From contig ASMP01000002.1 of the NCBI GenBank assembly GCA_000405225.1, forward strand, positions 1,494 through 65,493: DNA of 64,000 bases, read 5' to 3'. The position numbers and the translations under genes were made by a program. A model generated the notes under the pieces. It did no database searches. It was not told where the DNA came from and worked only from the letters and a program-made list of their open reading frames with translations. The stretch comes from Nanoarchaeota archaeon SCGC AAA011-D5 (lineage in GTDB: Archaea > Nanobdellota > Nanobdellia > Pacearchaeales > GW2011-AR1). Positions 45,728 through 54,272 of this stretch are shown piece by piece; the stretch's first letter is position 1; each line of letters begins with the position of its first letter.

Positions 45728-48697
45728 ATGATGAAAATAAAAAAAGGGGCTATATTTTTATTTGTTATTATACTTGGGATTTTATTCTCTTCAACTGTGT
45801 ACTCACAAACAACTGGAAATTATTTTACTGATTTTGAATCTGATCAGGGATGGACTGCGGCCGGATTTGGGCAGGGTAAATTTGAGATAGGGATTCCCGA
45901 AAATTTTTCAAGAAGCAAAGAATGTCAAACAACTTGTTTAGGTACTGGAACATCTCAAGACCATACTCCTGGCGGAACAAAAGCAACGTGTACCAATTTA
46001 AATGGGCATCAGGCAAAATTCGAAAATGTTAATACCAATAATTTGACTTCACCTGTTTATGATTTTAGCGAAAAAACAAATATTTCCTTAGAATTGTGGA
46101 GATTTATGGAAATCGAGGGAGACAATTATGATTTTTGTTATTATCAGTATAAAAATAGTCAAAATGGCAGTTGGCTGAACTTGCAGAAATATGGTAAATC
46201 AAGAATAGATGACGACGCCTGGAAAAGATACACAAAAAATTTAACATCTATGGCTGCTGGAAAAAATTATTTCCAGTTAAGGTTTTATTGCACGACAGAT
46301 TATGGAATTGAGGGTTCTGGTTTGTGCATAGATGATGTTAATATTTCTTGGAATTCTATTATACAAACGCCTAAAATCTGCGGAGATGGAATTGTAAATC
46401 TTCCGGGTGAACAATGTGATGACGGAAACAACGTTAATGGTGACGGATGCAGCAGTATTTGTAAGAATGAAACAACAGAAATATATTTTGTACCTTATAT
46501 GGGAGATATTGACGGGAATATTGACCCGACTTGGTTCTTTTTTTACGAGAAACTAAGAAAATGGCATGATGACCAGAACATCCCTGTTGGTTTAAGTTTT
46601 TATCCTAATACTATGAATAACAATCAATTCAATCAAATTATTGCTGATATGTATAACAGCAAGAATATAGAGCTTTTACTTAAAGGGGAGAGCACAGGAA
46701 CGCCTTTGGACCAGATGAATTACTTTGAAGTAAAGGCGACAATTGAATCGCAACAAAACAAATTTATAAATGAGTTAGAAAAATTAGGTTACAGCAATGT
46801 TCAACCCATTATTTCTTACAATCAGCTTTATGGCAAATTTACTGAGACAATCAGAGATGCTGTGCATGATTTGGGATTTAAAATATATCTCGAGCAGTAT
46901 GTAAGTGAGCATGGTTACATTGATGGTTTACCTGATTTTGATATAACCCAGTATAGTGTGGCTCTTACAAAAAGCGGATTGCCAGGACCTACAGAAACTT
47001 TCAAACAACCGGAAGAGGTTCTCCAAGAATTAATTGAATTTAATCACCCACAATTAATTTATATTAATAATGTTAAAGTTGTTCCGTTATTAGTTCATCA
47101 ACAAGATTTTATGATAGATGAATCTGGTTCAGAGTTGAATCAAACAAAATGGGAGATTTATACAAACTTGTTACTTATGACAAAAGATGATTCCAGAATT
47201 AAAATGATTTTACCTGAAGAAGTTTATGATTTAAGACACCCAACACAGCCAATATTAACTAACTACTCTGTTGAAATTTGCGACTGGCAGGATTGTTATG
47301 TTGGGGCGACTTCTGTTTCAATTGACGATAGTTATAATTCTTGCAGAGAAGAATTAAATAAAAACGGGTTTAAAGGAACTTATTACCTATCTGGAACAAA
47401 TAAATTCACTAATTCTGACTGGAACATGTGGAATAGTATTTATCAAGAAGGACATGAACTTGGACCGCATACTCAAACTCACAAGTGCAATGGTTACAGC
47501 GACTCATTATTAAACAGCGAATTGGGCTCAAATTATAATGACATTTTGACCAATATTAGTGGTATATCCAGCAATGAAATTGTTTCCTTTGCATGGCCCT
47601 GTGGCATTACCAGCCCTTCTATGGAAAGCGTGGCAAGCAATTACGCTCTTTCTTCCAGAGGATACTTTATCAATCAGTTAGAGGATAAAAATCCTGCAAA
47701 TTTTATGAATCTAAAAAGTTTTAACACCCCTCATTATAATGAACCTCGAGACCTTCCTCCAAATTACAAAACTGTTGTAGACTCTGCCGAGTCACAAGGA
47801 AAATGGGCTAATTTAGTCTTTCATAACGAATGCCAAGATGACGGTTCTATTGATTATCTTAAAACAAAAAATGTATGGGTTGCTCCAATAGGGACAGTTG
47901 TTAAGTATATAAAAGAAAGGCAAAACACCCAAATTGTTAATCTTACAGTAAATGGTTCTGTAATAAAATTTAATATTGTTAATAATTTGAACCATAATCT
48001 GTTCAATAAAGAATTATCTTTGAGAATTAATATATCAAAAAAAGTTGAGTTTATAAAAATAAATGGGACTAATAAAAATTTTAATAATGAAAATGGCTCT
48101 GTTATCTTTAATCTGGTTCCTAGTGGAAATGATTTAATTGAAATAAAAACTAATGAAAACGACACAGCACCAATAATTATTTGCGGGAACGGCATTGTTG
48201 AACAGGGGGAACAGTGCGATGATGGAAATGCTGTAAATGGGGATGGGTGCAGTTCCCAATGCAAAATAGAAAATAGCTTATGTCAGTATGCTTCATCAGC
48301 TTCAGGCACATCTCAAAATACCCTTGGCTCTTTGGCCCAATATGCTACAGGAGCTCCGAATGCTCCTTTTGTTGGACAATGTTCTACTTGGAGTGGTTAT
48401 GGTTACGCTTGGAGCCCGAGCAACTGGAATATTAAAGCTAATTTAACTTTGAATTATGCAACTCCTGTTTATGCAAAAAATCTCACAATATTTGGAGATT
48501 TTGATATGTGCTGGAATAGAATAACATTGGCAAACTCGCAAACAGGTCAAAAATTTCAAGTCCTTAATGGGATTCAAAACAGCTGCATTTACACGCAAAC
48601 ATTAGGTGGAAGTTTCCTGGCAGATCAAGTTATTTTAGAGACGTGTGGGTGGGGCTGGAGCTCGACAGATGCTGTTCAGCTGTGCGGAGAAACTTAG
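45728..48697 (+). CDS. secreted multidomain protein: MAM-like domain, two Cys-rich CGDG..E.CDDGN..NGDGCS repeats, NodB/CE4 polysaccharide-deacetylase-like domain, C-terminal Cys-rich beta domain
   Basis: Signal peptide. ..GSGLCIDDVNISW. CGDGIVNLPGEQCDDGNNVNGDGCSSICK and CGNGIVEQGEQCDDGNAVNGDGCSSQCK. NodB motifs SIDDS and GHELGPHTQTH. Confidence 0.7.
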   Translation: MMKIKKGAIFLFVIILGILFSSTVYSQTTGNYFTDFESDQGWTAAGFGQGKFEIGIPENFSRSKECQTTCLGTGTSQDHTPGGTKATCTNLNGHQAKFENVNTNNLTSPVYDFSEKTNISLELWRFMEIEGDNYDFCYYQYKNSQNGSWLNLQKYGKSRIDDDAWKRYTKNLTSMAAGKNYFQLRFYCTTDYGIEGSGLCIDDVNISWNSIIQTPKICGDGIVNLPGEQCDDGNNVNGDGCSSICKNETTEIYFVPYMGDIDGNIDPTWFFFYEKLRKWHDDQNIPVGLSFYPNTMNNNQFNQIIADMYNSKNIELLLKGESTGTPLDQMNYFEVKATIESQQNKFINELEKLGYSNVQPIISYNQLYGKFTETIRDAVHDLGFKIYLEQYVSEHGYIDGLPDFDITQYSVALTKSGLPGPTETFKQPEEVLQELIEFNHPQLIYINNVKVVPLLVHQQDFMIDESGSELNQTKWEIYTNLLLMTKDDSRIKMILPEEVYDLRHPTQPILTNYSVEICDWQDCYVGATSVSIDDSYNSCREELNKNGFKGTYYLSGTNKFTNSDWNMWNSIYQEGHELGPHTQTHKCNGYSDSLLNSELGSNYNDILTNISGISSNEIVSFAWPCGITSPSMESVASNYALSSRGYFINQLEDKNPANFMNLKSFNTPHYNEPRDLPPNYKTVVDSAESQGKWANLVFHNECQDDGSIDYLKTKNVWVAPIGTVVKYIKERQNTQIVNLTVNGSVIKFNIVNNLNHNLFNKELSLRINISKKVEFIKINGTNKNFNNENGSVIFNLVPSGNDLIEIKTNENDTAPIIICGNGIVEQGEQCDDGNAVNGDGCSSQCKIENSLCQYASSASGTSQNTLGSLAQYATGAPNAPFVGQCSTWSGYGYAWSPSNWNIKANLTLNYATPVYAKNLTIFGDFDMCWNRITLANSQTGQKFQVLNGIQNSCIYTQTLGGSFLADQVILETCGWGWSSTDAVQLCGET

Positions 48698-48721
48698 AGC
48701 GTATTTAAGATAACCATAAAG

Positions 48722-48742
48722 AATGAAAATCTTTTTGTCATT
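48722..48742. promoter_or_regulatory. imperfect palindrome built from the cassette half-site (AATGAAAAT-N3-TTTGTCATT) upstream of the GT2 gene
   Basis: gAATGAAAATctTTTTGTCATTttataataaaaacatttaaata. TTTGTCATT is the reverse complement of AATGACAAA. Confidence 0.4.
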
Positions 48743-48774
48743 TTATAATAAAAACATTTAAATATCAAAACCTT

Positions 48775-49986
48775 TTGGGAAATTGCATGAAAGGTCCATT
48801 TTCAATTTGGCCATTTTTTGGTTTAACGCTTTGGATTGATGTGTTTACTCACTTATTGAATACAAATAAAGAAAAAAGAATAAATCCATACAATCCTGTT
48901 AGGGAGATTTCTGTTTTGATTCCATTCCACAAAGAACCTGGGGAATCTGTAAAGAGAACTATTAAGTCTATTTATAAAGAAAAATATCCTGTAAAAAACA
49001 TAATTATCTGTGGAGATTCAGAATCAAGCATAAATGAAGACTCTCTGAAAAAAACTTTTAATCATAAAAATCTGTATTACTTAAAAGTTCCTCATTATTC
49101 GAAGGCAAAAAAAATAAATTATGTTGTCGAAAAATTCTCAAAGAATCTTGGAGAGTTCATTTATACTATAGATTGTGGCGCCAAAATAGAGGAAGGATGC
49201 ATAGAAAAAATGATTTCCTATTTTAGCAATGGTAAGGTTGCTGCCGTCACATCATATGGTAGAGTTAGCGTGCCAAAGAATTTTTTATCCCGCTCTTACT
49301 TCTATGGAAAAGCTTGGATAAATGAGATAGGAAGATTTCGTAAAGGTGCCCAGGAAAAGAGGGGGGCATTATTTGTTATTTGTGGTGCATCTACAATATA
49401 CCGAAAAGAAGTATTAAAAAAAATTCCAATCCCGTATAAAAGTAAAACAGAAGATACTTACTACACTTGGCTGTTGCAACGTAATGGTTTTACAATAAGA
49501 GTTGCTGATGATGCTACTGTCTCTGCTCCTGAAGTTGATGGAAGTGGATTAAAAGGAATCGAAGGTCAGATAAAACAATCATATCGTTGGAGTTCAGGAA
49601 CATTGCAATGTCTTAGTTTAGAAGGCAAAATGATATTCAAAAATAAAAAACTGGCTTATAGTACGCTTTTGCCTGGTTTTATTGAGGCAATTATGTATTC
49701 TGTTCCTTTATTTTTTCTTCCCTTACTTTTTTTTGTTTTTCCTGCATTTGCTCTTGGTTTTTTGATTGGTGATACTGTTTTTTCATTAATTGGAACACTT
49801 ATCTTCATACCAGAGAAGTTCGGAAAAACTTTGCTTCATTATCCCCAGGTTATGTTCTTCAAATATCTAAATGCCGCAATATTTTTCTTTGCAATGATGG
49901 TTGTTGGTTTTCAGGCCATTTTTGGAATGAAAGATAAATGGAATAATGAATGGGTTTCGCCTGATATAATGAGAATCGAAATGTAA
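48775..49986 (+). CDS. processive family-2 beta-glycosyltransferase (NodC/PgaC/chitin-cellulose-synthase-like), multi-TM
   Basis: GT2 motifs VLIPFHKE, IDCGAKI, TEDTYYT, QIKQSYRWSSG (QxxRW). One N-terminal and ~4 C-terminal TM segments. The likely true start is ATG 48787 (track start is TTG). Confidence 0.8.
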   Translation: MGNCMKGPFSIWPFFGLTLWIDVFTHLLNTNKEKRINPYNPVREISVLIPFHKEPGESVKRTIKSIYKEKYPVKNIIICGDSESSINEDSLKKTFNHKNLYYLKVPHYSKAKKINYVVEKFSKNLGEFIYTIDCGAKIEEGCIEKMISYFSNGKVAAVTSYGRVSVPKNFLSRSYFYGKAWINEIGRFRKGAQEKRGALFVICGASTIYRKEVLKKIPIPYKSKTEDTYYTWLLQRNGFTIRVADDATVSAPEVDGSGLKGIEGQIKQSYRWSSGTLQCLSLEGKMIFKNKKLAYSTLLPGFIEAIMYSVPLFFLPLLFFVFPAFALGFLIGDTVFSLIGTLIFIPEKFGKTLLHYPQVMFFKYLNAAIFFFAMMVVGFQAIFGMKDKWNNEWVSPDIMRIEM

Positions 49987-51066
49987 TTATAAATAACTTA
50001 CAGAACTTATTAAGGATTTTTTTATGTAATCAACTTCCTCATTTGTAAGCGAAGGATAAATTGGAATCGAAAGATTTGTATTTTGGGCATGTTCTGTATT
50101 TTTAAAAGTCTTGGGATTTAATCCCAAACATCTGTGCAAGGGCTTGAATACTGGTTGAGATACTATTATTCCTTTTTTTTGTAATTTTTCTTTAAGCGCC
50201 TTAAGCTGGGTGGAATTTTTTGTTCTTATAACATACCTGAATTTTATTTCCCCGTTTATTTTTTTAGGCAGGCCTAAACCGATTCTTGAAAAAGCTTTGT
50301 CATATTCCTTTGCAATTTCCTGCCTCCTTTTTAAGAAATACTCAAGTCTTAATAATTGGCTTAATCCCAATGCTGATTGAATGTCTGTCAGGTCATAATT
50401 ATATGCAATGTTATATTTTTCTTTGTTGTCGTATTGCGTTAAATTATCCAAATTTTTTTTTAATGGCTTTGAATTTGTCAGAACCATGCCCCCGTGTCCT
50501 GTTGAGATGACTTTTGTTGCATAAAATGAGAAGATGCTGAGATTTCCAAAACTTCCAAGCATTTTTCCTTTGTAACTTGCTCCAAGAGACTGCGCGCAAT
50601 CTTCTATGATTGGGATTTTTTTTGAGATTTTTTTTATTTCATGTATGTTTGCAGGAACTCCAAAAAGATGTATGACAATTATTGCCTTCGTTTTTTTTGT
50701 TATAAGAGGTTTTATTGTTTTAGCTGAAATGTTAAAGCCATTGTTTTCAAAATCAGAATCAATATTTGCTAATACTGGCTTTGCGCCGGTGTAATTCACC
50801 GCGCTTAAAACTGATTCACAAACATAACTTGGAAGTATGACTTCATCTCCTTTGCCAACCCCTAAAGAGAGTAAAGCCAAATGCAAGGCAGCTGTGCCCG
50901 AGTTTGTTGCTTTCGCATATTTAACTCCAATAAATTTGCACATTTTATTTTCAAATTTTTTTGTCTTTGGACCTGTGGCATGCATGCCTGATGCTACTTG
51001 TTCTTTAACTGCTAAAATGTCTTCTGCAGAAACAGTTGGTTTTGAATGTGAAATAATTTTAGGCAT
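49987..51066 (-). CDS. DegT/DnrJ/EryC1/StrS-family PLP-dependent sugar aminotransferase
   Basis: NSGTAALHLAL, EDCAQSLGASYKGK, FSFYATKVISTGHGG (PLP Lys). Confidence 0.88.
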   Translation of the reverse strand: MPKIISHSKPTVSAEDILAVKEQVASGMHATGPKTKKFENKMCKFIGVKYAKATNSGTAALHLALLSLGVGKGDEVILPSYVCESVLSAVNYTGAKPVLANIDSDFENNGFNISAKTIKPLITKKTKAIIVIHLFGVPANIHEIKKISKKIPIIEDCAQSLGASYKGKMLGSFGNLSIFSFYATKVISTGHGGMVLTNSKPLKKNLDNLTQYDNKEKYNIAYNYDLTDIQSALGLSQLLRLEYFLKRRQEIAKEYDKAFSRIGLGLPKKINGEIKFRYVIRTKNSTQLKALKEKLQKKGIIVSQPVFKPLHRCLGLNPKTFKNTEHAQNTNLSIPIYPSLTNEEVDYIKKSLISSVSYL

Positions 51067-51095
51067 TTTAGATATTTTGAACGTTTTATATGTTT

Positions 51096-51599
51096 TTACA
51101 CGTTTTGAATTACATCCATAATTCTTGTATTATAAAAATAACTTGCAACGCCATCTTTGCGCGAGTAATCCAATTCTCCTTTCGGAACAAATCCAAGTTT
51201 TGCATAGAACCATACAGCGGGGTTGTCAGCGCGAACCCTGAACATAACGCGTTCAATTCCTTTTTTCAGACTCTTATTAAGAAATGCTCTTAAAAGGCCC
51301 CTCCCAGCAGATTTTACTCTTTTTTCTCTGTCAACAATAATTTTGTTAAGGAAAGCGTGCCCTTCTTTGATTGAACCTATTTGATAACCAATAACACCTC
51401 TGTGATTTAATGCTATATGACTTAATTCCCATTTTCCAGGCAATTCATACATAAGGTTTCCAAGATTCCAGGGCTCATCGCCTATCTCTGTCCAGTTATG
51501 TTCTAATTTCAGTATAGACACTGCTTGATGTAAAGCCATCTGTTTTGTTAAAGGAACTATTTGTAAATCTTCTGGGGTTTGTAAAATTGTATCTACCAT
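51096..51599 (-). CDS. GNAT-family N-acetyltransferase
   Basis: Motif A-like IIVDREKRVKSAGRGLLRAFL and ..FYAKLGF. Confidence 0.72.
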   Translation of the reverse strand: MVDTILQTPEDLQIVPLTKQMALHQAVSILKLEHNWTEIGDEPWNLGNLMYELPGKWELSHIALNHRGVIGYQIGSIKEGHAFLNKIIVDREKRVKSAGRGLLRAFLNKSLKKGIERVMFRVRADNPAVWFYAKLGFVPKGELDYSRKDGVASYFYNTRIMDVIQNV

Positions 51600-51681
51600 G
51601 TAATTTTGGCATAATCCCAGTTTATAATATTTATGATATTGAAGATATTAGATAAAAAACAGAAATCTTTATAACGAAGTT

Positions 51682-52662
51682 TTGATGAAGAACAGGATGA
51701 ATAATAAATCATTGAGTTTAAGAATAATAACAGGCACCTTTATAATTTTGCTTTTGGCTTTTGTGCTGATATTTTTATCAAAATCGTTTTCAAAAGATTC
51801 CACTGAAGATTTCAAAGAAAACTACAAAGAAACAATTACAAGGCCTCTTTTAAACCTGGAAAAAAGCAACGGCATTGTCACAAATATCTGGCTTGAAAAT
51901 GAAGAGCAACTTGAGAAATTTACCCAAGAGGACATAAAATACCTCTTTGTTGACGTAGGAGGCCTGGATTCTCAAGGAAAAATAACAACGCCGGAAAACG
52001 AAATAACGAATTTTCTTTCATTGATAAAAAATTTTGAGGGAAAAAAAGGCCACGACTTCGTTGTTTTGCCTTATACCGAGATTATTATCAATAAGGATTA
52101 CAGCCTTGATTCAGGTATTTTTACAGATAATCTTGTCAAAGAGCATTCAAGACTTGTTGACTTGGGTTTTGACGGAGTTCATATTGATGTCGAGGCAGTT
52201 CCTTTTTCGCAAAGAGATGAATATCTTGAATTTCTAGAAAAGCTGGACAAGTCAATCGGCAATGAAAAATTAATAACTGTTTACGCGGGCTCATATAACG
52301 AAAATCCGAATATATGGGAGTGGGAGCCGGAATTTTACAGAAATGTTGCAAATCGTGTCGACCTTATAACTATTCCCGGTTATGATTTTGGGTTGGAAGA
52401 CGAAGAACAATACAAAAATTATGTCAAAAACCAGATTGAGTTTATTGAAAATAAGGAATGGAACTCAAAATTTATGTTTGCAATTCCGACACATAAAAAA
52501 GAGCCAGAAACAATAGATAATGCATTAGATGCTTTTTCTGATATCAAACTTTCAGAAACTGAAAGCAGGTTTATTGGAATTGCTATTTTTGCGGAATGGA
52601 CTACAGATGAAAAAGAATGGGAAATTTTTGAAAATTATCTTAAAGATGCTCGGAAGATTTAA
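51682..52662 (+). CDS. membrane-anchored protein with a GH18-like (chitinase-like TIM barrel) motif
   Basis: N-terminal TM. FDGVHIDVE resembles the GH18 DxxDxDxE motif, with His at the second Asp position. Confidence 0.45.
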   Translation: MMKNRMNNKSLSLRIITGTFIILLLAFVLIFLSKSFSKDSTEDFKENYKETITRPLLNLEKSNGIVTNIWLENEEQLEKFTQEDIKYLFVDVGGLDSQGKITTPENEITNFLSLIKNFEGKKGHDFVVLPYTEIIINKDYSLDSGIFTDNLVKEHSRLVDLGFDGVHIDVEAVPFSQRDEYLEFLEKLDKSIGNEKLITVYAGSYNENPNIWEWEPEFYRNVANRVDLITIPGYDFGLEDEEQYKNYVKNQIEFIENKEWNSKFMFAIPTHKKEPETIDNALDAFSDIKLSETESRFIGIAIFAEWTTDEKEWEIFENYLKDARKI

Positions 52663-52715
52663 TTTTTTTAAAAAACTATAAGAAAATACCAAAAATTTAA
52701 CCTTTTTTAAGAAAA

Positions 52716-52830
52716 GTTCATTGATTTTAAGTAATGACAAAAAGCCATTTTTATCGACGGTAATTATTCCTTTTCACCAAACGAAAGGAATGACAAAAAC
52801 TATTTTCTCTACGACAATAATACTTTTAAA
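52716..52830 (+). promoter_or_regulatory. envelope-island promoter/operator cassette, copy 2
   Basis: The 26-mer gttcattgattttaagtaatgacaaa is identical to copy 1. AATGACAAA(52733)-N13-CGACGGTAAT, then AATGACAAA(52789)-N11-CTACGACAAT-N4-CTTTTAAA(52823). Confidence 0.6.
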
Positions 52831-53034
52831 GAAAATACTTTTAATCATTTCATGATTATTCATAAGAGAGTAGTGACTGATAAAAGAGCAGCAAACATCT
52901 CTCTGTCAAATTCAAAAGAAACCTCACCAATTCATAGTTATGCATTAAATGTGTATAACACCCGGCAGAGTGAAATTCTCACTCAGCTCAACTTTGTTGG
53001 GTGCCTTGAAGTACTGAAAGGAGGTTATATATAA

Positions 53035-54132
53035 ATGAAAAGCTTATTTACACTATCGGTAATGGCTTTATTAGTGTTAGCTGTCATGCCCGCAGTTCTT
53101 GCTGTAAGTGTCGGAAGCGGTATAACTCCAGACATTACAACAGAAGACTTCGCTCCATTGGTTTGGATGTGTGATTCTAGAGTTGTCTACGATGATGCAA
53201 CTGAACCTGGAAGAATCTCTGGTGATGGTGAGGTACTTAAAGAAAGAATAAACAACTATGCTTTCGAAGGAGAGCAGATAACGTGGAGAGTTCTTGTAAT
53301 GGACAAAAACGGAGTTGAGAAAATTGAAGATGTTTTTGCCACAATAGGAGACTCCCAAGGTGAAGGAAACGACATAGAAGTAAACTGTCAGGAAGTATGG
53401 GTTGGAAATGACATAGACGAGACATGTAATGCAAGAATCCTTGAAGAAGACTTAGATGACTTCGATGGAGATGTAATGAAGTACTATGACTGTACTCTTA
53501 CAGTTGAAACACCTGAGAGCATGAGTGGCGAGAAATGGGTAACTGTTGAAGCTGTTGACCTAGATGGCTTGTCCGGAACAATGGATGAGAATGAATTTTG
53601 GTTCCTTAACCCTGATATAGCGTTAAGTATTGACGGAATACTAACGTTTGATGATGTGAGGCCTGGAACACAGAGTTACTCAAATACATTGTTAGTTGGA
53701 AACGACGCTGAACTTGGTTCAGGAGTTCTACTTGATATGTTTATATCAGGTACTGACTTTTATGATACATCAAGCAGCGGAGCAATGTGTCCAACAACAA
53801 ACCAGTTAACTTTGGACAATTTCAGATACTATGTCACAAACGGCGCTTACAACTCTGCACTAGATGCAGGGGCTGACTCTGTTGATTCCGACAGAGCTAC
53901 TGACGTAGAGGGATATACAAATATAGAATATGGTATAGGATTCAATAATCCAGCCCCATTCTATGACAATGCAGAAATATTACAAGCAGGACCTTCTATT
54001 GGCCCATACTACACTGCTAACATCTTGGCACCAGGTTCTGAAATGGCATTAACCTTCAAGTTAAGTTTGCCAGAGCCATGTAACGGTGACTTCGACTCGG
54101 GAAGCATATTCTTCTGGGGAGAAGCTATCTAA
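53035..54132 (+). CDS. secreted beta-rich protein (365 aa), distant paralog of the 58766/59224 subunit domain
   Basis: Sec signal ..VLAVMPAVLAV. LTFDDVRPGT motif shared with VDFGTRVPGT and LNFGSLSPGT. The 28-nt ribosome-binding/start region is identical to that of 58766. Confidence 0.6.
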   Translation: MKSLFTLSVMALLVLAVMPAVLAVSVGSGITPDITTEDFAPLVWMCDSRVVYDDATEPGRISGDGEVLKERINNYAFEGEQITWRVLVMDKNGVEKIEDVFATIGDSQGEGNDIEVNCQEVWVGNDIDETCNARILEEDLDDFDGDVMKYYDCTLTVETPESMSGEKWVTVEAVDLDGLSGTMDENEFWFLNPDIALSIDGILTFDDVRPGTQSYSNTLLVGNDAELGSGVLLDMFISGTDFYDTSSSGAMCPTTNQLTLDNFRYYVTNGAYNSALDAGADSVDSDRATDVEGYTNIEYGIGFNNPAPFYDNAEILQAGPSIGPYYTANILAPGSEMALTFKLSLPEPCNGDFDSGSIFFWGEAI

Positions 54133-54138
54133 CTGAAC

Positions 54139-54170
54139 TATTTTTTATTTTTTATTTTTTATTTTTTATA
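54139..54170 (+). terminator. tandem oligo-T terminator, (ATTTTTT)x4
   Basis: ctattttttattttttattttttattttttat directly after the stop of 53035..54132. Confidence 0.6.
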
Positions 54171-54272
54171 AGACGTGGAGGCCCGACCTCAACGGGCTTC
54201 TTCATATTCGTTAATGTAAAACAAAGAAATCACAAATAAAGCATACTCGCGCGAAATATTCAAGAAACAAAA

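Noticed and set aside
52852-53034. 60-aa ORF between cassette copy 2 and the 53035 start.
   Set aside because: It has no SD. It ends exactly at the strong SD/ATG of the next gene. It corresponds to the inserted leader segment that is absent from the paralogous leader at 58707-58765. It is more likely a 5' UTR.
54139-54170. Tandem (ATTTTTT)x4, and similar T-rich repeats at 20530-20585, considered as a possible CRISPR array or satellite.
   Set aside because: The period is only 7 nt and there are no spacers. The repeats sit immediately 3' of highly expressed-looking genes, so they are interpreted as archaeal oligo-T terminators. No CRISPR-like repeat-spacer structure was seen anywhere in the window.
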